Shown here: in pieces, positions 36,701 through 47,028 of the stretch
How the letters are laid out: each line of letters begins with the position of its first letter
Numbering within the stretch: position 1 is the stretch's first letter
From: Raja brachyura
Taxonomy: Eukaryota
Direction: 5' to 3'
Assembly: GCA_963514005.1 (NCBI GenBank)
Contig: OY740798.1
Span: forward strand, 41,788,001 to 41,852,000
DNA length: 64,000 nucleotides
Translations under genes and position numbers: made by a program
The notes under the pieces: generated by a model
What the model was told of the DNA's origin: nothing
What the model saw: the letters and a program-made list of their open reading frames with translations, nothing else
Database searches by the model: none

Positions 36701-39700
36701 TTGTCACCCCCGGCAGATTAATGACCCCCCCCCTCCCCAACTCACGCCTGGGCACCAAGGCAGCTCAGGAGACGAACCCTGAGCTCCGTCTCCCAACAAT
36801 CTGATGTGAAAGAACAGTTATGAAAACATACCTTCATTCACGGTTGGCTCAAGAGCAACGGGAGAGGAACTTGCTAACTCGGGAGACGAACTTGAAACAT
36901 CACATAAATGATATACCCTTGGGAACTCGGTTAAACACTTGATCATAAACGTGAAATCTCGTACACAACCACGAGTCTGGTTTTTTTTCTTTCACTTGGG
37001 GTCACTCGTGGGTGGACACGCACCGTGAGAAAGGCCTTCACTATGTTACTTCGGTGTCACGTGAGTGATTACGTGAAGATTTTAAAGCTCTGTGACTCCA
37101 TGCCGTTGAACAAATCCATGCGTCACACACTGCATAGTTGACCAAGAAGAGTGGACAAAACTGTAGAGACATGACATAATGAACAAATTGAATTTAATGT
37201 GTAGTTAACGATAACAAAACAACAACAGTTCCCCTTCTACCTGAGAGGACATTAATGCAAACTTAACACTGAGTTAGCAAACACGCTCGATCCGGCTAAA
37301 GGTTTGTTATAAAACATCTGAAACGTGCATGCTGAGGACCACCCTGCAGCCAACAAAATCTGGTCTAGCGGGACGTCCATGACCCTCGCAGCCGACGTAG
37401 CTGCAGCCCTGGTGGAATGAGATTTAAACGTTTTAGTATCAATCCCAGCCTTTATTGAAACTAGCTTTAACCACCTGGAAATGTTCTGAGTTGAGACCTG
37501 CTTATGTGGTTTCCTGTGGCTAATCAGTAATGCTAACTCAGCCCCGAAGCCCCTTGGTGAGGGTAATGTACTGCCGGAGGTGAGCAACTACACACAAATT
37601 GGGATCCAAAGGATATGCCATGAACTGTAAGTTCAATCCCGAGGTACCTGGTCTACTCTGTTTTATAGGGTCATACACGAAAAAGGCGAAACTACCAGCA
37701 GAGGTGAGCATCCGGTCCAAACAAAACATTTGCAAGGACTGGACTCTCTGTGCTGAAACTAATGCCATCAGCATTGCCACCTTGTACGCGAGTTGGAGTA
37801 GAGACAGGGAAGTTGGCGTAGACCATGACCGGAGTAAAGTTAACACCACCCCTACATCCCAAATTTCAGAATATCTGGGCCTAGGAGGGTTTGAATTGAA
37901 GACTCCCCTCATGAATCTAGACACTGAAGGGTGAGACTCCACTGATTGGTGTTCTGAAAGTGGCAGCAGGTAAGACGACAGCGCACTTCTGGCACTATTG
38001 AGGGCACTGTAGTTTAATTTGTCATCAATGTGCAATTTCGAGAGGAACGCCAGAACATTTGTAATCTGTACTGCCTCATAAGAATATCGGCCTGTGCACA
38101 GAACACTTCCCATTTCCTAATATGTGAGGCATATTGTTTTTCAGTGCTGCCTCTCCACGCCGCAGTTAGCACATCCACCATGCGATCAGCTATTCCCAGT
38201 CCAAGGAACGGTCTTCTTAAAAACTGCAAATCAATAAATTGAGCCGATCATGCAGAGGATGTACTTCACCAGAAACCGGGTTTGTCAACAAAGTCCTGCC
38301 TTTAGGAGCCTTCCACACAGGTTCTACAAATATGCTCAGAACCAGAGGATACCTGGGCTGAGTCGGCCAGTCAGGGACTACCATAATGTCGGAGGAAGAG
38401 TCCTGCGGACTTTTTTGCAGACAGCGACTGACAAGGCAAAATGGGGGAAATGCATAGAAAAACATTGCACCCCAATGTAGCGAAAACGGATCTATCGCTA
38501 CTGCCCCTGGGTCTGGTTCCCATGCAACATACTTGGCTAATTGATGATTTAATCTTGAAGCGAACAAATCCATATCCGGTGTTCCATACCTAGAAATAAT
38601 ATCCTTAAACACTCCATGATTCAACACCCATTCTGTGTTGCAATTGAATTTACGTGACCTGGTGTCTGCCACCGTGTTGCATCTACCTGGGAGGTAGATA
38701 GCTGAAACCCAAATACGTCATTTCCAAATGAGACAGGCCAATTTATCACAGGATATTGACGATACCACCCATGTGATTTATGTATGCCACTGCTGTGGTG
38801 TTATCTATCTGTAATTGAATGTGTGCATGTGTGCACAATAAGCTTTCAAACCATAAAGGGCTGCGAGCAACTCCAAATAGTTAACACCATGCAGCTGCAG
38901 AAAAGATATCTCATGCATGTTCCATCTGCCACCGCAGCCTGTAACTGTGTCAGTGGCGCCCCACCCCAGAGAACTGGCATCAGTCTGTAAAACAACTGCA
39001 GGGGTTTCAATTTAAATATTGCCAGAACAATGGCCAATATTAGCTATGCACCATTGTAGCTCATCAATGGCTTCGGCCGGTAATTGCATCGTTCTGTCAA
39101 AGTAGCCGGAATTATGTTTGAGTGCCTGCACCTTTGGGCTTTGTAATTGCTGATAGTGCAAAGGCCCATATTTGGCAGCTGAAAATGTAGCCACCAATTT
39201 CCCAATTAAGCTTGCTACTTGTTGAATTGAAGGCAGCTGCTGTGTGATAAGATGATTGCAAGCTTCTATTAACTTCAATCTCTTGCCCTCAGGCAAAGTG
39301 ACTAACAGGTGATTGGAGTTAATAGTAAATCCCAAATAATCCATAACCTTGGATGGAATCAACCTGGATTTTTCAGGGCAAATTAGGAACCCCAACTGTT
39401 CAAACACAAGTTTGGTGGCTGAAACCGCCAAAATAGCCAATTCTATGTTTCAATATTTTAGTGAATAACCTGGGAGCTGAGGTTAGCCCAGCTACGTCGG
39501 CAACACTTTAAACTGCCATAGCTGCCCCATCCATGTAAACTTCAAGTATTTTCTGTAAACCTTGTGAACAGGTACAGAGTAATAAGCATCTTTAAGATCA
39601 ATGCATGCCAGATGACATCCCCTGGAAATTAGCTGTTTTGCCGTTACTAAACTTTTCATTTTGAAATGTTTGTACTGCACAAAGGTATTAAGTTGGGTTA

Positions 39701-41431
39701 AGTCCAAAATAATGCGACACCCCCCCATCCTTCTTTTCCCTAGGGAAAATATTGGATACAAATTCATGAGGTTCATGACTTTTTTCAATCACTCTTTTAG
39801 CATATAACTTTTCAATTTCAGCCTTAACTTCCAAATCATTCCGTTTTGAACGAGCAAAGGTACGGTTTGGAGCATGCTGCGTGGGTGGGAGAGAGCCCGC
39901 AAATTCAATTTTGAACCACTCTATACTGTGCAGTATGAACAAGTCAGAAGTTAACCACTGCCATTCATGCACAAAGAAACGTAAACGACCACCAACATGC
40001 AGTGGACCCACACCCGGTATGTTACATTGAGATCCAGACCCACCTACCTCCGGATTGGTCGGTGGATTCTGGACATTTATTTCCTTCCCCGATGTTTGGC
40101 GAGTTGAGGTGCTAGTGTGCACCAGCTACGCATCTTGACTGTCGGCCAGTTTGGGCCATGTCCTAAAAAAGACCTCCGGCCGGTTCTTTGGTTCTTCAAG
40201 TTGGAGGTGATCTCGACAGTAAGTCTTTCGCTAGTCGAAGCATAGGGGTGCTGGCGTTGGAATGACGACTGTCTGTTAGGTGGTGGAGCCCGCAGTAGCC
40301 CCACAGCCTTTGACTCATCATCCAAATCCTTCACCTGCCTGGACAGGTCTTCTCCAAACAGCAAATTGGGCGGCTGCACATTACTGGCCTTACACAACCC
40401 CGCAAACTTGGGGTTGAGAACAGGACGAATGGCATTCTTACGAAAGCAATTAATTTTGAATTGTGCATTGCACAACAATGCCATTGCATCCCGTTGAGCC
40501 TCCAATAATGCGCAGCCATCTACCGACCCGGCGAATGCCATCAACCCCGATGCCAGCAGGTTTAAAATTCTCTGCAGATTGACCTCTTGGGTCTTAATGC
40601 CGCCGCCAATGTAGCTCCAGATGGAACTATTCACCATGGCTACCTTAAGGGCAGGACAGTTGCTTGGAGCATGGTACCTCATGGCTGTCTCCATCATAAC
40701 CTGCTCCTGAAGCTGGTGGGAAGCCAGATAGTTAATGCTGGCTGCAAGCTCTTCTTCCAGCGGCTCCCCAACCAGTGACGGCATTGCAAACTTAGCGACC
40801 ATAGTTGGCTCTTCCGCATCCCGCGGTCCTCCGCCCATGACTGGTGGTCTGTGCTGCCGTCCTCAGACGGGGACACATAATGCAGCCCTGCCACAGGCGC
40901 TGCTGTGAGCCCTCGAGGCCCGCTGAGATATGCCTCCTGACCAGTGGGCACATCATGTTACATTGAGACCCATGCGGGAAAGGCGTCCACCGACGCTTCC
41001 CGCTCGGGGAGGCGAACACTCCCGGCTGGACTCATCGGAGTCCACTGGCCTGTTGGACTTGCACTTGGCCTTCCCGACCCGTGGGGTAGCCAAAGTGCTG
41101 TCCATGGGCACCGAACCCGGCGTCGCTGGCTGTGGAGTCAGCGACCTCGATGGTGAAACGGACTGCCGCCCGCTGACCGCACTGCCACAGTCTTTGGAAG
41201 CGGTTCTCCCTGCAGCCCGTCGAGACTTCACCTTTTCCATGACCTTCTTGCTGTAAAACAAGAAAACGACCGCTGACTAGGTTCAAGACTTACCTGGAGG
41301 CCTTTATAAAACTACCGGTGGCAGAGCGACGCGCCACCAGCCAGTCAGAGCGCCATGTGTTAGACGTAATGATGCGCATGCGCGGCTGACGGGTTCTTCA
41401 CGTAGTCACTCACGTGACTCCGAAGTAAAAT
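33799..41431 (-). mobile_element. DIRS1-type tyrosine-recombinase retrotransposon, degenerate (copy 2)
   Basis: gag-like 40077..40838; RT IDLKDAYYSVP; RNase H; MT-like PDMDLFASRLNHQL..YAFPPF; YR HSTRAAATSAA..AAGW. ITRs at ~33872-33905 and ~41370-41404; internal complementary region at 34020-34090 plus 37041-37078. Confidence 0.93.
34094..37037. mobile_element. Non-autonomous PIF/Harbinger-type TIR element inserted in the DIRS ICR
   Basis: ~40-bp TIRs (CCCCTGTCTCACGGTGCGAGTTGGCCCACGAGTGACCCC and GGGGTCACTCGTGGGTGGACACGCACCGTGAGAAAGGCC); degraded 3-bp TSD TAA/TCA; no transposase ORF. Confidence 0.75.
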
Positions 41432-41899
41432 TTCCTCCATCTTCCCATTCTTACCTTCAATAGCACGAAGTACTGGAAGCAATCCTGAGATCACTGCAGG
41501 TCCTGTTTTTCAGTCTTCTGCCCAATTCCATAAATTCTTGTTGCAGAACCTCCTTCCTCTTCCTACATATACCAATTGTGCCAACAGGGAGAACAACCTC
41601 AGGCTGCTCCCCATCACTCTTGAGGATGCCGTGCAGCCACTCCGAGATGTCCTGGACCCTGGCACCAGGGAGGTGGGACACCATCTCTGATAATGGAGTC
41701 TCCAACCTTTATGGCTCTGCCTGACGTCATTTTTCTCCATTGAGCCTTGGCCCCCACTCAATTTGTTGCATCGTCCACTCCCAAGAGGGTATACCTGTTT
41801 TCATTAGGTACAGCCACCGAGGTCTCCTGCACTGTTTTATCTCCCCCACTACACTGGTTTCTCTCCCCCACTGTTTTAGATGCATCCCTCACCCCTGTC

Positions 41900-42390
41900 T
41901 CCACCGTGTCTGATAATTCTCCTTTCACTCCCCTCGCCAGATGAAACAAGGATAGTTCCCTTGGCATTTATGTTTTACTCATCAGCATCCACATCCAATT
42001 CCCTCACAGTTCTGAAACCTTCAAAGTGTTCCCATCATCAGTCACATCTTCCCACCTCCACCCCTTTCCATTACAATAGAGACCACTCCCTCCCCCTTGT
42101 GCACTTCCCCCCCAAAATCCCACTGTCTAGATTTATAGTTCATTGCCACTTTTTTGATCTCTTGTCTGTCACGCATCTGCTAATCAAAACACTTCCCTCA
42201 CCTGTATCCACCTATCATTTGCCAGGTTTTTGTCCCAGCCCATCTATGTTCCCATCAATCAATCTGAGGAAGGATCCTAATCCAAAATGTCATCTGTCCA
42301 TGTCCTCCAGAGATACTGCCTTACCAGCTGAGTTACTCCAGCACTTATTTTTCTCTGCAAGGTGCTAGGATTTGCAGCTTGTTGTGTCTC
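41900..42390 (+). mobile_element. Penelope-like element remnant with 3' tail
   Basis: AACAAGGATAGTTCCCTTGG (NKDRVPL-like); tail CTGAGGAAGGATCC...GCTGAGTTACTCCAGCA shared with the other Penelope tails in the window. Confidence 0.6.
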
Positions 42391-43092
42391 TATGCTAAAA
42401 TTGAACCGAACAACATCATAATGAGCTAATCAGATCAAAGCATTGTAGTCCTGTCATATCCCATATTGAATTGCGGTATATATGATTACATTGTTATTGG
42501 GAGAAGAGATCAATGAACATCCTCATCCTTCCAGTCAGTCCAAAGAAAAATATGAAGTATTTCCAAAACACAAAAGTTCTCATTAGAAGATAAATCCTTT
42601 CTATAGTGACAAATTTCACTAGAGCCAGCAAAAGTGTTTCACTCTACTTGATATTAAAAGTGGCTGAAAATGCAGGACTATAATGCTGAAGATTTGTGCT
42701 TTAGAACAATATAGACCTCTAGCGGCCAAATAAAAGAGCACGTTGCAATGAATCTGTTATATTGAACAGGCATTCCCAAAAAGCACGAGTGATCAACCCA
42801 ACAAATTACTATCCTATATGTCTGCAAAAAACATCAGTGACAAAATTATTACAGGCTCCAAACAAGTATGTATAATTCCAGTAGTGAGAATTAGCCCCCT
42901 GACATTGCCCAACCATGAGAATGAGCTCCTGGACACAGTTAATGAACTAAAGTGGGCTTCAGTTGGACAAGCTGAAAGCAGTTGTAGTAGAGTGGGCTTA
43001 AAATAGGCCAGACAGTTACTGAGGCCCCACAGTTAACAAGCTGAGTTGAGTTTCAGTTGGACAAACTGAAAGCAGTTAGCATCCTTCATTGG

Positions 43093-43181
43093 TACACAAA
43101 AGGCTGGAGAAACTCAGCAGGTGCAGCAGCATCATCTAAGGAGGTAGGTGACGTTTCGGGCCGAAACCCTTCTTCAGACTG
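43093..43181 (-). ncRNA. Penelope-derived tail with a minimal hammerhead ribozyme core
   Basis: Minus strand reads CTGAAGA-A-GGG-TTTCGG-CCC-GAAAC-GTC-A: CUGANGA and GAAA boxes, 3-bp stem II, palindromic ACGU helix III and a GUC site. Stem I is weak. Confidence 0.55.
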
Positions 43182-46100
43182 CTTCATTGACTGCTCCTTA
43201 GAGAGTGCATAAAAGGAAAGTAGCTACATGGGGCGATTCTATAGAGAGTAAATATAATGCTCTGGTGTGAGAGGTTTTGGTGTGGGTGATGGTGGAATAA
43301 GTGACTTTATTTCCCCCATTCCTTGTTCAGTAAAGATGGCAGTTGTATGTTCCTACAGTGTGTAGGAAGTCAAGGAAACTTCCAGTATCCTTGAAGACTA
43401 CACATGGGGAAGATGTGTCCAGCTACAGCTCATTACAGACTACATTAGAGAGCTGGAGCAGCAACAGCTGGCCTTATAGGGCAGCAAAGTTGCACAGCGG
43501 TAGATTTACTGCCTTGCAGCGCCTGAGACATGGGTTTTCTCTGAGATCTTCAATTTCCTCCCAAACTCCAAGCCATGAGTGGAAATCCTGTGGGGGATAT
43601 GGGGGACGTGTCCCCTCGTGTTTTGAGAGGTGTGGGCAATCCCCCCCATGTTTTGTAATCTGGATTTTGAAATTAGGTGAAAAAAAATCTATTAAAAAAG
43701 ACAAACATGATTTTAGATTAATTGGCTTGATATAAATGTAAATTGTCCCTAGTGTGTGTAGGATAGTGTTAATGTGTGGGGATTGCTGGTCAGTGCAGAT
43801 GGTGGGCTGTACGGTCTGTTTCCACGCTGTATCTCCAAATCAAAGTTTGGATCACCTCAGGAGAGTGAAACTGAAGAGATCACAGATAGGAATCACAATG
43901 AGGTGGCCATGCATAGGTTATAGGCAGAAAGTAGATGGCTGACCACCAGGAAAGGGAGTAAATAGTGTACTGGAGTCCCCTGTGGCTATTCCCCTTATCA
44001 ACAGGTATGCCCCTTGTTTATCGGCGATCCATAACAATCCACACATGGTGAAATCAATCGTTATTCCATTAAGCAAACAGGAACATTCAAACAGCCAGCT
44101 GCTCACGTCTGGCTCCACTGGCTTGCAAGGAAGAGAGAGACCGAGAGAGTCTTTGTTTAGTACCGTAATACCATGTGATGGGTGGCTTGCACATATGTGT
44201 GGTGAAGGATATAAATGACATGAATTAATAAGGGTTAATCTACATCCTTTTAAATAAATAAAGCATATGTATATTGGTTAGTAGGGCATATTGTAATACA
44301 CCCGTATAAGGTGCGGTATTTATTATTTTACCATATATGAGAGCACATAAAACTAAACAGGTCATGCACAGTTCGGGTATAGCCAGTAAATTTTCGAATT
44401 AGCGGGTTTGGTTTGCAGACACGTGCACAATAATAACCTCCAGCAGACACCTCTTCCTTCGCTGGGGGAGCAAGTCCTTTATCGGGCAAACACGGAGAAG
44501 ACACCGGTGGAGATGGTGCCACTGGGGAAGGCAGGGATGGCTCTGACACTGGCAGAGAAATCGCTGGAGCGGGATTCACAGAGTATGAGTGGGCTGGTCC
44601 GGGTAAGGACGTGGAGGTGCCGGTTCATTAACCAGATGGAGGTGTTGGCGGGTTCACCAATAGATGCCATTGTCAATACTGACCAGGTACGAACATGGCT
44701 CTGCAGTGGATTCCAGAATGACACCGAGGCGGTTGTAACCTCGGCGTGATTGCAAACGGACAACCTGTCCCTTGTTGAGCGGTTGAAGCGGAGAGCTGGT
44801 TTCATCATAGTATTTTCTTGTATGTTGCGGCGGCATTGGAGCTGGGATTGGATAACTGACGGTGTGCAAAGTTGTGGTTCTAGTCGTTGCGAGGCAGAGT
44901 GGAGCGGGTTCACCGTGACATGAGCCATTCAGCTGCAGATCCCAGAAGAGGGTGGTGGACGATGTTCTGTAGGTTGAGTAAGTCGAGATAAACATCAGAG
45001 CTGGCCCTGTATGAGTGTTCCATTAGTTGTTTTTCACATTTTACCGAGCGCTCTGCCAGACCGTTACACTGTGGGTACTTGGGGCTCCAGGTAATGTGGT
45101 GAAAGTCCCAGGTTTTCGCAAAATTTCTGAAGAGCTGACTGGAGAGCTGAGGTCCATTATCTGAGAGTAGCTTTAGGGGGGCTCCGTGGTCAGAGAAGTG
45201 GCGAGTTAGTTTCTGAATGACCATGGGTGAGGTTGGGATACTGAGTAGGTCGATTTCAAGCCATCCTGAGTAGGAATCGACTAAAACCAGGTGTTGTTGT
45301 CCATGCCACTCGAAGATGTCGGCTACTACTGTGGACCAGGGAAGTCCGGTGCGGGACAAGTGGTTGTTTCTGTTGGTGCGGGGTCAAGCTATTACAGATT
45401 GGGCAAGCAGAATGTAGTTAGCCATGTCTGGCCAGAACAGCATGCCTTTCGCATGTTGAAGTGTTATTTCTGCAGCGGGATGGCCGCCATGGAGAATGTT
45501 GAAGTACTTGCTGTGAAGAGACGTCGGGATGACTGCCTTGTGTCCTTTCATTATCACGCCGTCCTGAATGACCAATTCATCACAGACTGGGAAAAATGGG
45601 CGGATAGCATGTGGCAGGTGGTGCTATCTATCTGGTCAGCCATGGCGGATGACAATGGCCAGCGATTGTAGCGTTTCGTCACTAAGATTACTAAACTGGC
45701 AGGTGGGAGGCAGGAGACAATCATAACAGTATACTCCTCGTGCTCATCATCAGACAGGTGTTTTTCGCAGGTTGGGCAAGGTGACCTTGAGAGGGTGTCA
45801 GCTGAGTGCATGTCCTTACCGCGCTTGTAGATTAGTCTGATGTCTTATCTCTATAGTTCCATCATCATGTGTTGTAAGCACGCTGGTGCCGTGTGGATCA
45901 GTTTACTGAGGATACTGACCAGGGGCTGGTGCTCTGTTTCGACAGTGATCGGGTTGCCAAAGATAAAGTCCTTGAATTTCTTGCAGGCAAAGGTTACTGC
46001 AAATAGCTCCTTTTTCGATTTGAGCGTAGCGCTGTTCAGTGTCGGTCGTGGTATGGGAGGCAGAGGCAACTGGTCTGGAGCCCTTTTCGTCGTCATGTAG

Positions 46101-46672
46101 CCAAGCAGTCCATACTGGGAGGCACCACAGGTGAGGATGACGGGTAAATTGGCATCAAAGTATGTGAGGGTTGCAGCGCAAGACATTAGTTGTTTGAGGG
46201 TTTCAAATGCCCTCTGCTCGTGTTGGTGGCAGGACCAATGTGTATCCTTGTGGGTCAGTTGTCGCTGCGGGGCTGACAGCTTGCTGAAGTTTGGGATGAA
46301 TTTTCCCTGGTAGTTTAACATGCCTAAGAATCATTGTAGAGCAGTCACGTCTGTAGGTGCTGGCATTTTGTTGATGGCAATGGTTTTAGACGGGTCTGGC
46401 TGGAGTCCGTTATTGATGAACACGTGGCCCACATAAGTCACTTCGCCGACCTGAAACCGGCACTTGAGAGGATTGAATTTGAGATTTACCTCCCTGGCAC
46501 AATCCAGGACCTGTTTCAGGTTTGAGTCATGTTCTTGTGCATTGTGCCCGATGACCAGGATTTTGTCCACGATTATGTAACATGAGTAGCCAGCAAAGAG
46601 TTGTTCCATAGTACGTTGGAAAACCTCACAGGCTGAATTGATGCCAAATGGCATTCGTAAAAATCGGTAGCA

Positions 46673-46714
46673 TCTCCTTTTGAGGCGTGGGTTCGTATCC
46701 CATTTCTGCCACCA
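46673..46714 (+). other. tRNA-Leu 3' fragment including CCA (extended primer-binding site)
   Basis: TCTCCTTTTGAGGCGTGGGTTCGTATCCCATTTCTGCCACCA versus the vertebrate tRNA-Leu(CAA/CAG) 3' end TCTCCNNTGGAGGCGTGGGTTCGAATCCCACTTCTGACACCA (from memory); abuts the LTR end at 46715. Confidence 0.8.
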
Positions 46715-47028
46715 TGTTTATCAGCAATCCATAACAACACAGCCATGGTGAAATCAATCTTTATTCCATTAAGCAAACAGGAACATTCTCGCATCTGGTT
46801 CCGCTGGCTTGTGATCGAGAGAGAGAGAGAGAGAGACTTTGTGTAGTACCGTAATACCATGCACATTTGTCAGGGCTCTGAAAAAACTTTTTTTCACTGT
46901 TGCCAGCCGGGCAACCTTAGCAGCTTTTTAGGTTGCCAAATGACAGTTTAGGTGGTCATTTAAGACGGTTTGCATGACACGTGCGAAAATGTGCTCGGAC
47001 AAAGTGTGTAGTTACCAGTCAGAATTAT

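Larger units (their letters stand above)
33050..41830 (-). mobile_element. Old CR1 LINE (ORF1 esterase and endonuclease start) split by DIRS copy 2
   Basis: YFNARGLMGKADDLRAWIGTSNWDVVAMTET (33468..33656) and HLPGARVQDI...QPEVVLPVGT (41457..41705) are collinear on either side of 33799-41431. Confidence 0.8.

Noticed and set aside
46673-46714. Possible tRNA-Leu gene
   Set aside because: Only the 3' part is present, with encoded CCA and no D or anticodon arm; it is primer-derived.
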